A stretch of DNA of 64,000 nucleotides from Octopus vulgaris (lineage: Eukaryota), in contig OX597822.1 of NCBI GenBank assembly GCA_951406725.2, positions 53,382,001 to 53,446,000 of the forward strand, written 5' to 3'. Within the stretch, counting starts at the first letter, position 1, and every line of letters begins with the position of its first letter. A program made the translations under genes and the position numbers. This document shows, in pieces, positions 1 to 12,571 of this stretch. The notes beneath the pieces were generated by a model, which did not search any database, was not told the DNA's origin, and saw only the letters and a program-made list of their open reading frames with translations.

Positions 1-71
1 TAAACGCAACACCCTAAACACTAAGCTATGTAAACTACAACAACAATAATTATATCAACTACAATATTAGC

Positions 72-390
72 GGAGGCACAATGGTCCAGTGATTAGAGCA
101 GCGGACTCGCGGTCGGAGGATCGTGGTTTCGATTCCCAGACCGGGAGTTGTGCGTGTTTATTGAGCGAAAACACCTAAAGCTCCACGAGGCTCCGGCAAG
201 GGATGGTAGCGACCCCTGTTGTACTCTTTCGCCCCAACTTTCTCTCACTCTCTCTTCCTGTTTCTTGAGTAACGTTGCGATGGACTGGCGTCCCGTCCAG
301 CTGGGGGGATCACATGAGCCATAGAAGCCGGGATACCGGGCCCATGAGCCTGGCTAGGCTTGAAAAGGGCGCATAAATTTTAAAAAAAAT
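72..390 (+). mobile_element. tRNA-derived SINE with V-SINE-like central domain
   Basis: tRNA-like head with A box (TGGTCCAGTGATTAG) and B box (GGTTTCGATTCCC), internal GCGATGGACTGGCGTCCCGTCCAG resembling the V-domain, and an A-rich tail. A related copy lies on the - strand at ~27875-28035. Confidence 0.75.
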
Positions 391-726
391 AAACGATATA
401 AGCAACAACAAGTTTGAGAGCGACGAGTAGCGAGATATTATGTTCAGCGTTTGTTTAAGTGGTCACTTAGCGATTATAATTGCATGTTCTATGATGCAAA
501 ATGAAAGTTTCGAGTATGTTTCAGTGAGTGTCGAAGAAAGATGAAATGAAGAGGAATAGCAACAACAACTTCAACAACTTGTCTTTCAACCTTTCGTAGG
601 TTGAAGAAATAAAGTACCAGACAGGTTGTCAAGTTATGTGGGATCGATGTCATCGTCTGAACCGCTTCCCCTAAAAACAGCAAGCCGCATGCTAAATTTG
701 AAACGATGTTATACGTTTTTATTATG

Positions 727-904
727 ACGGAGAGCTGCCAGAATAGTTAGCACGCCGGTTTTACATTCATCTGAGGTCGAATTTGCCTTTCATCCTTTCC
801 GTGGGTGTTGATAAAATAAGTACCAGTTGAGCACTGGAGTTGATGTAATCGACTTAACCCCTCCCCAAAAATTGATGACCTTGTGCTGAAAATTGAAACC
901 ATTA

Positions 905-939
<35 letters not shown>
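727..939 (+). mobile_element. SINE family A (GGTCGAC..GCCTTTCATCCTTTC..GATAAAATAAGTACCAG core) with (ATT)n tail
   Basis: The same core recurs at ~2055-2155, 3755-3882, 3957-4168, 21978-22154(-), 27083-27225(-), 32420-32645, 32790-33008(-), 43375-43740 and 48195-48385. It usually ends in (ATT)n. Confidence 0.8.
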
Positions 940-1493
940 GAGTGAGCGAGCAGAGCATGCCATCAAAGTGACACTGGGGTAAAATATACGAAGCCCAGTA
1001 TACCCATCATGACTACCCGTCTGATAAGGGTACAACAGGCACATGCATCACAATCATATGTGCGCGACATGGTGGTCTCATATCAAGATAAACAGCACAT
1101 GACCTTGCAGGTGGAGCCCAGTTAGAATTTTCTTCAGATCGAGTAACCCATCCCGCTCAAAAGGTCCCTGAATAAGGGTTGTTTAAGGACGTTGAATGAA
1201 ACATCCATGTTTCCAGAGGTGAATTATTCAAACCCCAAAGAATCCTTCTCAACACATGGCTATGATGCTCCCCCACTACTTCTGCTCGTGATCAGAGATG
1301 CACATATCGTCAGCCACTAAGGGACATGCTCAACTGGTTAAGGTCAAACAACTGACAAGCAAATCTGTGGTATTGAGCAGAATATTTGCTGTAGCCCATC
1401 TTTTATACCAAGACAAAACAATGTACATGATAACACTTCCAATCAGTTAAGATCAGAAGCCATGAGAGCCACTGCCTGGTACTGCATCAGGGC

Positions 1494-1496
<3 letters not shown>
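940..1496. mobile_element. ~560-bp non-coding interspersed element, copy 1, flanked by (ATT)n
   Basis: Nearly identical to 4186-4742 and similar to 1555-2040. Both ends abut (ATT)n and there is no convincing ORF. Confidence 0.85.
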
Positions 1497-1554
<58 letters not shown>

Positions 1555-2040
1555 GAGTGAGAGAGCAGTGCATGCCATCAAAGTGACACTGGGGTACTAT
1601 ATACGAGGCCCAGTATAGCCATCATGACTACCTGTCTGATAAGGGCACACCGTGCAACATGGTGACCTTTTATCAAGATAAACAGCGCATGACCTTGCAA
1701 GTGGGTCCCGTCAGAATTTTCTTCAAGTCGAGTAGCCCATCCCGCATAAAAGGTCCTTGAATAAGGGTTGTTTAACGATGATGGATGAAACACGCATGTT
1801 TCCAGAATTGAATTATTAAAACCTCAAAGAATCCCTCTCAACATATGACTATGATGCACCTCTACTCGTCATCAGAAATGCACATATCGTTAGCTAATAA
1901 GGGACATACTCAGCTGGTTAAGGTCAATCAAGGGACAAGCAAATCTGTGGTATTGGCCAGAATATTTGTTGTAGCCCATCTTTTATACCAAGACAAAACA
2001 TGTACATTATAACACTTGCAATCAGTTAAGATTAGAAACT
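1555..2040. mobile_element. ~560-bp element, diverged and truncated copy 2
   Basis: Colinear with 940-1496 with more substitutions and small deletions. It starts directly after (ATT)n. Confidence 0.8.
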
Positions 2041-2183
2041 ATAAAAAGCAATTCTTTCAAAGGTCGATAAAATAAACACCATCTGAGTATTGGGGTCGAT
2101 GTAATCGACTAACTCTCTCCCCGAAATTTCAGGCCTAGCGCCTATAATAAAGGAATATATTATTATTATTATTATTATTATTA

Positions 2184-2257
<74 letters not shown>

Positions 2258-2260
<3 letters not shown>

Positions 2261-2957
2261 TAGTTTTATTTTTATAGCGTGCTTTCACTTCACTACCGAG
2301 CGCAGCTCTGTGTGCCTTAGGTATGTGCTGTGATTTGTTGTGATGCTCTGATGGTTATTGTATGGAAAGTGTTCTGCGTAGGATGTGTGCAGTGCCTAGT
2401 AGTGCAATTTTCTGTATGTTATATGTGTTTGTAAGTCCTGGTGTTTTTGTTATGTATTTGTCTGAATATTTTTTATCATGCCTAATGCACCTACTATGAT
2501 AGGAATTGTTTCTGTTTTTAGATTCCACATTCTGGTTACCTCTATTTCCAGGTCTTTGTATTTTGAAAGTTTCTCCATTTCTTTTAGAGACACGTTGTCA
2601 TCTGCCAGTATTGATACATCAATTAGAAAACATTTTTTTCTTCATGATCTCTGACAACTATATCTGGTCTGTTGGCCTTAATTTCTCTATCTGTGTGTAA
2701 CGGCATATCTCAGAGTATGGTTGCTTTCTCGTTTTCTGTGACCTTTTCTGGTGTGTGCCTATACCATCTTTTTTCTGTTGTTATTCCATAATGTTGGTAT
2801 AGCTTCCAGTGTATGTAGGTTCCAACTCTGTCATGTCTGTGAATATATTCCTTCTTAGCCAGGACTGGGCAGCCAGAGATAATATGATTTATTGTTTCTT
2901 GTCTATCTCTACATATTCTGCAGTTACTTGTTATATTTCTTTTCATTACATGTTTTT
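2258..2957 (-). mobile_element. 5'-truncated R4/Dong-clade non-LTR retrotransposon (zinc knuckle, RLE endonuclease, 3'UTR)
   Basis: Translation CRICRDRQETINHIISGCPVLAKKEYIHRHDRVGTYIHW, followed by RPDIVV..CFLID and ALLGTAHILRRTL. The 3' end runs into (TAA)n. Confidence 0.9.
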
Positions 2958-2979
2958 GGCCCAGTATAGCCATCATGAC

Positions 2980-3059
<80 letters not shown>

Positions 3060-3437
3060 GACAAGAGTGAATGGTACCTCTCTAAGCGTAGAACTGTGAG
3101 CCAGAGAAGGGAATTGAAGAAGGCACTAGGCCTTGGAGATCAATGAGATTTTGGGCAGTGGGGTTCTTCATTTATCCCTAGAGGTCATCCTGTATCAGAA
3201 GGGCTACATCTCTATCATACGCCCTGCCATCTTTTTTTTTTAAACTTCGTATACTAAGGTATATTTCCCTTCATTTTCATTGAATACCTTATATACTTAC
3301 TCTTTTTTGCCATTTATTTATTTATTTACATATTTTGTCATTTCATTATATGTAAACCACCCACACTTTGTCTGTCTTTGTATTGTCCTCTTCCTCCTTC
3401 ACCATGGTGGCAAATAAATGTAATCATTATTATTATT

Positions 3438-3735
3438 ATGGTTTTACTTCTCAGAGCGGTCGGTTTTGTTTGCTCTGGTTGATTCTGTGAGAGCGGACTG
3501 CAGCCTGTTGTCAGAGGTCTCAGTGTTTCTTCCTGCACAGTATAAGCTTTGACAATTGCTTGTTAATTATTGTAGAAAATATTTAACATCCAAGTACCAA
3601 TCTCACAATCCTAGCTGTCCCCAGCAGAGCAGTTTTCTGAACTTGCTCTGCTCTCATGTCATTTCTGATTTCTCTGACATATTTCTCGAACTTGGTCGTT
3701 AGTACTCCGAGTGCCCCTACAATAACTTAATAAAC
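3438..3735 (-). mobile_element. 3' end of a second R4/Dong-type family
   Basis: The - strand reads VIVGALGVLTTKFEKYVREI..QVQKTALLGTARIVRLVLGC, then a 3'UTR ending in (TAA)n. Confidence 0.8.
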
Positions 3736-3754
3736 TATTGTCCGTCTGCACGAT

Positions 3755-3881
3755 CTGGGTTCAAATTCCGCTGAGGTCCACTTTACCTTTCATCCTTTCG
3801 GGGTCGCTAAAATAAGTACCAGTTCAGTAATCGACTTGTCCCTTCTCCCAAAATTTCAGGATTTCTGCCTATAGTAGAAAG

Positions 3882-3951
<70 letters not shown>

Positions 3952-4185
3952 GTTATGAAGGCGAGCTAGTAAAATCATCACAACTCCGGGCAAAATGCTT
4001 GGCAGCATTTCGTCCGTTCTTAAGTTCTGAGTTCAAATTCCGCCGAGGTCGACTTTCCATTCACCCTTTCGAGCTCAATAAAATAAGTATCAGTTGAGTA
4101 CTGGGGTAATGTAATTGACTTGCCCCTTCCCCTAAATGTCAGGCATTGTGCCTATAGTAGAAAGGATTATATTATTATTATTATT
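3755..4185 (+). mobile_element. Two tandem family A SINEs, each with an (ATT)n tail
   Basis: GTTCAAATTCCGC.GAGGTC..CTTT.CCTTTCATCCTTTCG core at ~3760 and ~4030. Confidence 0.8.
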
Positions 4186-4742
4186 GAGTGAGAGAGCAGT
4201 TCATGCCATCAAAGTGACACTGGGGTAAAATATACGAAGCCCAATATACCCATCATGACTACCCGTCTGATAAAGGTACACCAGGCACATGCATCACAAC
4301 CATATGTGCGCGACATGGTGATCTCATATCAAGATAAACAGCACATGACCTTGCAGGTGGGGCCCAGTTAGAATTTTCTTCAGGTTGAGTAGCCCATCCC
4401 GCTCAAACGGTCCCTGAATAAGGGTTGCTTAAGGATGTTGAAAGAACCACCCATGTTTCCAGAGGTGAACTATTCAAACCCCAAAGAATCCCTCTCAACA
4501 CATGGCTATGATGCTCCCCCACTACTTCTGCTCGTGATCAGAGATGCACATATCGTCAGCCACTAAGGGACATGCTCAACTGGTTAAGGTCAAACAACTG
4601 ACAAGCAAATCTGTGGTATTGAGCAGAATATTTGCTGTAGCCCATCTTTTATACCAAGACAAAACAATGTACATGATAACACTTCCAATCAGTTAAGATC
4701 AGAAGCCATGAGAGCCACTGCCTGGTACTGCATCAGGGCATT
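4186..4742. mobile_element. ~560-bp element, copy 3
   Basis: Full-length, nearly identical to 940-1496, and flanked by (ATT)n. Confidence 0.85.
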
Positions 4743-4745
4743 GTG

Positions 4746-4782
<37 letters not shown>

Positions 4783-5349
4783 TATTATTATTATTACTAT
4801 CATTATTATTATTATTATTATTATCATCATCATCATCATCATCATCATCATCGTCATCATAACACCGCAACCACTAATAAAAACTATACCAAAAATAACA
4901 AAATTGCACCAAAAAGTGGTTATTAGACATGCTAGAAATATCAGTAATATTCCCTAGAAATTTCCACCCGACTGTTTTTTTTGTTTTTTTTTTTTCTTTT
5001 TTTCATAATAGAAGGGTACATTGTAAAATATATTGCCTGATGTACATATGGCCAAAAAAAAAAAGAAGAAAAAGAGACGAAATGGCAATGGCCAAAGCGT
5101 CTTTCGTCATGATCATAGGTCCGCTCTGACAAGATAGATTTGGGGTTAAACGACCACATCAACAACAGCAGGAACAGTAACACTATGTGTGTGTGTCACA
5201 AACAAAAGAAGATCTAACTACCGCAGTAATATTTTTTTTAATATATCTGGTGCCCGTTTAAGGGGTTCGGGGAAATAACACTGAAAATTTTAATGGGTTA
5301 TTTATTTATTTATTTATTTGGGTTGCACGGTAATTATCAAACGTAATCA

Positions 5350-5725
5350 GTTCATCTATCTTTGCTGCTGTCGTCATCACCCACGTCGCTATTGCCATCG
5401 CCATCGCCGTCGTAGTCGTCGTAGTCGTCGTCGTCGTCAGTAGAAGTAATTCCTATAACAACAGTAACAACTACAACAACAACAACAACTAGAATAACAA
5501 CAACAACAATATGAGTGACAATAGAATGTTCCAAAAGTGACAAATCAAAGCCAACAATAGCCAACAACAACTTAAACAACAGCAGCAACAACAACAACAG
5601 CGGTGGCGGTAGCAGCAGCGGCAGCAGCAGCAGCAAGTAAATTAAAAGTAACTGCAGTTGCAAAAACACTACAAGTACAGCAACGACGACAACAACAACA
5701 ACAACAAACAACAACAACAACAACA

Positions 5726-5770
<45 letters not shown>

Positions 5771-5908
5771 GCTACTACTACTACTGCGGAGGTGATAACT
5801 ACGACAGCAATAAGGTAAAAGAAAACAGTGATAACAATATTAGCGGCATCGAAGCACCAGCACCAGCACCAGAAGCAGCAGCAGCAGCAGCAGTAGCAGC
5901 AACAGTAG

Positions 5909-5939
<31 letters not shown>

Positions 5940-6473
5940 AGCAGCAGGAGCAGCAACAATAATAGCAATAACGACCACAATAACGTATAACAACTGCAGC
6001 CAATAATAGAGCATAACAAAAACCGAAAACGGCATTAAGAACAAGAAGAAGAAGAATTAAAAACATGTAACGCAGTACAAGCGAACCAACAGCGGGGGAA
6101 ACAACAACAATCAGAAAAAGACAACAACAACCGCAGGAATGTAACAATTAACAACAACAACAACCGCAACAATAACAAAACACCACAGAACAAGGGGCCA
6201 GCGGTAGCGGCTATTTTTTTTTTTTATCTCTGAAGCCATGAAGATAGATAAGCGAGAATCACAGCGGAGATCTAGCGGGGTTGCTTGTCGCCGCCGTGGT
6301 GGTGTCAACGTTTGCTAGACACTTGCTGAGATGTTGGTTGCGTGTTCGAGTTGAATGGCTGTGAACGGGGGGAGAAAGAAGAAGAAGAAAAAGAAGAAGA
6401 AGAAAAACGCAACGGCGGGAATCGACGCTAAATTTCGAGTGACTTCTGTCTCCTCTCAGATTTAGTCACACGA

Positions 6474-6522
<49 letters not shown>

Positions 6523-6561
6523 ACACATATATATAATTATATATATTATACTACATACATA

Positions 6562-6592
<31 letters not shown>

Positions 6593-6682
6593 CACACTAT
6601 ATATATATATAAATATATATATATAGATATATATATACATATATATATATAAAATATTATTCATGGCTGGAGTGAGAGTACT
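5350..6682 (+). promoter_or_regulatory. Putative promoter / long 5'UTR of the CACNG-like gene, built of trinucleotide repeats (CAA, CAG, TAC, GTC, GAA) and (CA)n/(TA)n
   Basis: Transposon-free, relatively CpG-rich stretch immediately upstream of the ATG at 6683. The transcription start cannot be located from sequence. Confidence 0.35.
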
Positions 6683-6887
6683 ATGTCACAGAACATGAAC
6701 AACCAACTATTGCTTACAGTATTGTCGTTTGTGGCAGGTGCTGGAGCGCTGGTCACCCTCGCCCTGGCTGTGGCGACAGACTCTTGGCTATACACCGTAG
6801 AAGTCATCGATTATGAAGTTGAAAACACTACGGTTGTAATTACGGTGAAAATCCATTCCGGACTGTGGAGAGTGTGTATAGTAAACG
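6683..6887 (+). CDS. CACNG: First coding exon of a voltage-dependent calcium channel gamma subunit / stargazin-TARP-like protein (claudin/PMP22 superfamily)
   Basis: MSQNMNNQLLLTVLSFVAGAGALVTLALAVATDSWLYTVE...KIHSGLWRVC: N-terminal TM1, the A(V/I)xTDxWLY motif and HSGLWRxC are diagnostic of CACNG/stargazin. An N-T-T sequon lies in the loop. A perfect donor G|GTAAGT at 6887/6888 gives 205 nt, phase 1. The paralog number is not assignable. Confidence 0.92.
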
Positions 6888-6962
6888 GTAAGTAATACGG
6901 AGTGATCCTTCCTACCCACCTCTATCTCTATCTGTCTATCTATCTATCTGTCTATCTATCTG

Positions 6963-7049
<87 letters not shown>

Positions 7050-7496
7050 GTATATATATGTATCCATCTCTCTCGCTTTGCTAATCAAAACTGTCGCCAA
7101 CATCACAATTTGTTCTCAGCCGTATTTTACTGGTGTTAACAGTTTTATGTAACCACACGTTACAGAACTAATCACACTGTCATTATTGCGATCACAAAAC
7201 TCAAGCACATATACACATTAAAACACACACACATGCACACGCATGCACACATACACACACAATCACACACACACTCGCGGGTACGCATGTCTTTGCTTAC
7301 CAGCATAAGGTGATGCACCTAAACGTGGACTCTGACAGAATACGTCGTTTCGTTGTAACTTTTCTCGTACATGCAAGAACACAACCCGTAAACAACCCGC
7401 ATATATACATGCTTATGCGTACACACATACACACATACAAACACATATGCACAATAATATATCTATCTACCTATCGATCTATCTATCTATTTATAT

Positions 7497-7528
<32 letters not shown>

Positions 7529-7529
7529 G

Positions 7530-7584
<55 letters not shown>

Positions 7585-7950
7585 ATTATAAATTTAATAA
7601 ATATTATTGTTGTTTGGTTTTTGTTTTTTTTTTTTTATATATATTATATTATATATATATATATATATTTGTATATGTATATCTATATGTATGTTTATAG
7701 TATTTACCAAATGAGAAAACGTTAACGATATATGGAGATTATATACTTATAAAATATCAGATATTACAATGTAGGAACTCAAAGTTTATCTAGTATCACG
7801 GCTATTCATCTAACACACACGATCGCACGAACAGACACGGGCACACGCGCTCAAACACACACACATATCTGTTTATATATGTACATAAATACATAGGGAG
7901 AGTCAGATACAAAAACGACATACATATATAAAGTACACACACACACATAT

Positions 7951-8015
<65 letters not shown>

Positions 8016-9230
8016 TATATACATAAAGGCATGTGTGTAGTATAGTTTACCTATATAGTTATACAAATGTATATACAGTTATAGACGTAGATATGTATGC
8101 ATATATGTATGTATACAATATAAACAAGTTTATGTGTGTGTCTGTGTATTATGTATGAATGATTATTGAATCATATTGCTTACTCAGCAATTTCTCACTT
8201 ACTAAACCTCTCCGTCTCCTTTCGTACGTTTACAGTATCGACGTTAACCTTGACCTTCAACGTTTTCTTTCTATCATACAAGTAGATAGTATACCCTCAA
8301 GCACACACACATACACATACATGCATATACATATATATGCATACACACATACATATAGATACAAGCACACACACACACACACATATATGTATATATACAG
8401 ATATATTTACCTACATGTATATAAAAGTGCGTTTAAGTATGTATTTACAAATGCATGTATGCATATATGTTTATGCATACACACACACACACAAATATAT
8501 ATACAAATATATATGCATCACCGTACATGTGTGCATACATAAATGTGTATATAAATGTGTACAAAATCATAGCTCTCTACTTTTATTTATAAAGGTGTTT
8601 ACGTCATTGTCACTGCTTATATATATATATATATATATATATACTATGTATATATAATAGATGTATATATGTATATGTATATACATGTATTAACATACAC
8701 ACATACACACACATATATAAATACATCTGTATATACTGAAATTTATGAAAATATGCACGTACGTAAGTATGTATGTATGTATGTATGTATTCATAACTAT
8801 TCGTTTGTATATGTGTCACTCTCTGTATATAAATATTCATATGAACGAAAGCGTGTATATGGATAGATGTTTATACGAATCTGCTTTCCCTGATGTAGTT
8901 TCGTCCTTTTGAAGTATACTTTTTCAGTTGCATGTGTGTGTATAAGTGTATGTGCATGTGCGTGTGTGTGTGTGTGTGTGTGCGCGCGCGGGGGAGTGTT
9001 TCTGTGTGCATGTGTATATGTGAATGTACACACATGCACACACACATATAAGTATATATAAATATATATATATATATACTTATGTATGCATAGGTACATA
9101 TATATATATATATATATATTTGTTTCTGTGTGTGTGTGTGTGGTGTGAGTGTATAGAAATGTGTGCATTTTGTATATATGTGAGAGTTATGCATTGTAAG
9201 TGTGCACGTGTGTGTGGGTGTATGCGTGTC

Positions 9231-9272
<42 letters not shown>

Positions 9273-10191
9273 CTGTGTGTATAAACGCACATGTATGTAT
9301 ATTTGCATGTATCAAAGTGTGTGTATATGTCTGCGCTTGTGTGTATTATGTCGTATGCATATATGCATGTATGCATGTGCGTGCATGCGTGTGTTTTTGT
9401 GTGCGCGTGCGCGCGTATGGTACTGGTCAGCGATGCGCAACAAGTACATGAGGCTATCTATCAAGGGTTATAGCTCTAATGTTTACACAGAGCTGAGCAC
9501 ACGGATAGAAATCACTTGTCATGTCGATAATGTAAATAGACATATCTAATTGTCCACGGAGAGATGTAATGAATGTATTAAATGAGATATAAAACCGATA
9601 TTGATCACATTCTACCCTTCTTACAATTTTTTTTTCTCTTTATCTGTCTATCTGTCTATCCATCTCTCCATCAATCTATCGTTCACTATCTCTCTTAGTT
9701 TTGTCTTTATCCCTTACATATCTCGTTGTCCATCTCTGTTACACTTCGCATCTACTCAAGGTTTCTCGATACTTGCGCCCAAAATATGAAGAATCATCTC
9801 TTTTGCATGAAAGATTCCACGTGGCAAGAAACTCGGAGTAAAGACGAATCAAATTATCGATAGCGGATTGGAGAAATGAATGATTAAATTCAAACATTTG
9901 TATTGAACATATTTTTCCATTTCCTGCGTATATCCAAACTATGTACATACACAGTTACGGACAGGCTGACCGATGGAAAGAGACAGACAAACAGGAAGAC
10001 AGAGGGATAGATAGGCAGACACACAGCTGTGTATATACGAAAGAAAGCCGCATTCAATACATGATGTAGTGTCAAGATATTTCTATCAAACAGACTGAGT
10101 CAGTATAATATGATTTAAAGAATCGTTGACAAAAAATATCGATATATATATATATATATATAAACATATATATACATAGATATATAAATAT

Positions 10192-10266
<75 letters not shown>

Positions 10267-10311
10267 ATAATAACAATAATCTTTGGATGGAATTTATAAA
10301 CGCTTCAGTGC

Positions 10312-10443
10312 ATCGCTACGCGCGTTTCCACAAATTACATGTCTCTTAAGATCACAGACCGTATTCCTGGGATGATTAGTGTAATCTGTAGTACCCATGG
10401 GTATCGAGTGGATAATCTTCGTGGATTCCTTTCTTCAGGCGAT
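10312..10443 (-). ncRNA. Type I hammerhead ribozyme motif with greatly expanded stem II
   Basis: - strand: ATCGC-CTGAAGA-(~110 nt, with CCACGAA/TTTGTGG complementarity)-GAAAC-GCGC-GTA-GCGAT. Stem I is ATCGC/GCGAT and stem III is the palindrome ACGCGCGT. Confidence 0.65.
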
Positions 10444-10505
10444 ATAGCTTTAATGGACGGTTAACTGAGGGTTATTTATCCACACACATATATATATATA
10501 TATAG

Positions 10506-10910
10506 GGCGCAGGAGTGGCTGTGTGGTAAGTAGCTAGCTTACCAACCACATGGTTCCGGGTTCAGTCCCACTGCGTGGCATCTTGGGCAAGTGTCTTCTA
10601 CTATGGCCTCGGGCCGACCAAAGCCTTGTGAGTGGATTTGGTAGACGGAAACTGAAAGAAGCCCGTCGTATATATGTATATATATGTGTGTGTGTATGTT
10701 TGTGTGTCTGTGTTTATCCCTCCAGCATTGCTTGACAACTGATGCTTGTGTGCTTACGTCGCCGTCACTTAGCGTTTCGGCAAAAGAGACCGATAGAATA
10801 AGTACTGGGCTTACAAAGAATAAGTCCCAGGGTCGAGTTGCTCGACTAAAGGTGGTGCTCCAACATGGCCGCAGTCAATAGACTGAAACAAGTAAAAGAG
10901 TAAAAAAGAG
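10506..10910 (+). mobile_element. SINE family B (tRNA-derived, internal microsatellite), full length
   Basis: GGAGTGGCTGTGTGGTAAG...GGGTTCAGTCCCAC head and GGCCGACCAAAGCCTTGTGAGTGGATTTGGTAGACGGAAACTG body. Other copies at 13425-13790, 14230-14414, 14846-15140(-), 15388-15790, 36525-36912(-), 40465-40697(-), 50815-51143(-) and 59310-59350(-). Confidence 0.85.
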
Positions 10911-10950
<40 letters not shown>

Positions 10951-11293
10951 TGTGTGTGTGTGTGTGTGTGTGTGTACATACGCACACACACACATACATA
11001 GAGGTCACTCATTCAATGCTGTTTTATTTCTTAATAACCAGATAAGATCTGAACTTGCAACTTTCGTGTGCTAAACTAGACAAATAATCCAGACATTGTA
11101 CTTTCTGCAGTTCAGATACACTTTAATAATGTCTATACGATTGATAGGAGACAGGTGAAACTAAATACCATAACACTTCCGCATAGGATTCTACTATTTC
11201 CACTGGTACCTACCTGTATCTGGCTTATGTGCATGTATACATTTATATATACATGCATACATTCATATGCATAAATAATACATACATATATAA

Positions 11294-11334
<41 letters not shown>

Positions 11335-11647
11335 CTGTTGTGTCTCGGGAGAGCCATTTTCTTTTTGTGGCTTATAATGTAAAAGTAAAATTTCCACTTA
11401 TTTCTTATTTTTATTTTTCTAAAATTTTCGTTGCATCTTGCAAGAGTTCAAGAGTCAAGACTATTGAAAAGGTTGCAAGACGCAAGGAAAATTTTAGGAA
11501 AATAGAAATTAGAAATAAGTGGAAATTTTACCTGTGAGTGTGTTACATTATTAGGCACAAAAAGAAAATGGCTCTTCCCAGACTCAAAAGAATATGCTCC
11601 AACACACGAACTCATATAAAGAATCTTGCAAACGAAATCCCAAAACG

Positions 11648-11650
<3 letters not shown>
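11335..11650. mobile_element. Fold-back repeat between (TA)n tracts, probably an inverted Penelope pseudo-LTR pair
   Basis: 11339-11450 is the imperfect reverse complement of 11455-11590. The same family occurs at 28860-28995 and, inverted, at 29585-29760. Confidence 0.6.
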
Positions 11651-11683
<33 letters not shown>

Positions 11684-11755
11684 TCACTCACATATAAAGA
11701 TATATGTACATGTTACATGTACATATATACATACTTATATGCGTATATAGTGTGG

Positions 11756-11822
<67 letters not shown>

Positions 11823-12154
11823 GCTATGTTTGAGTGTGTGTGTGTGTGTGTGTGTGTGTATGCATAGATATGTATGTGTATTCATGTTTGTAAGTATATG
11901 CATATACACGTGTTCTATGGTCGAATGGTTAAGAAGTACACCACGCAATCATGAAGTCAGTTCGACCATGCCGTTACAGGGGAACCTGCGATTAGATGTA
12001 AGCTGTATAAAAGCAAATCGAGTGTATTGCACATGCATAAACAGCTTTGTCACTCCATTGAGTACCCCCCCCCCCGATTCTACTCGCGAATTTCTTTAAG
12101 CGAATAAGCGTATGTGGGAAATACTCTGTCATTAACATGTTAAGTATTATATTT

Positions 12155-12310
12155 AGACAACTGCAGCGTGGAAGCTGTTTATAAGCCATTTAAAACCACA
12201 CAAAAGCAGTTACATTGACTTCAATATTTAAATTTAAATGTTGAAGTCAATCTAACGGTTTTTGTGTGTTTTTAAATCTCTTATAAACACGTTCCACGCT
12301 GCAATTGTTT
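12155..12310. repeat. Palindromic MITE-like hairpin
   Basis: ACAACTGCAGCGTGGAA...TTGACTTCAATATTTAAAT / TTAAATGTTGAAGTCAA...TTCCACGCTGCAATTGT, with ~75-bp arms and almost no spacer. Confidence 0.7.
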
Positions 12311-12434
12311 TTTGTTTCAGCACAAGTACATCTCCGTAATATTTAGTTTACAGAACAACTGAGTCCTCCTCATTGTCAAACGACAAAGAACCACCATATA
12401 TATACATGTGTGTGTGTGTGTGTGTGTGTGTTTG

Positions 12435-12465
<31 letters not shown>

Positions 12466-12571
12466 CTGGTCTGATTAATAAGTATCCGTACTTTTTCCAT
12501 AGTAACGAAGCTAAAGCATGTAGAGTAAAGCCGCTTGGCAAATATTGAGCTTGAACTCTGCTGTGCATATA

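Noticed and set aside
72-150. tRNA-like sequences here and at 53593 and 54278
   Set aside because: They continue into SINE bodies and lack a complete cloverleaf, so they are SINE heads and not tRNA genes.
5352-6147. Poly-V/C/A/T/Q ORFs up to 191 aa
   Set aside because: Trinucleotide repeats are open in several frames on both strands. No splice link to the CACNG exon is evident.
6888-6895. ORF track extends the CACNG exon to a stop at 6895
   Set aside because: This is read-through past the GTAAGT donor at 6888. The protein family continues in later exons.
8205-8290. Pyrimidine tract plus TTTACAG as a candidate acceptor for exon 2
   Set aside because: The phase-1 frame gives no CACNG-like sequence and hits TAG within ~16 codons.
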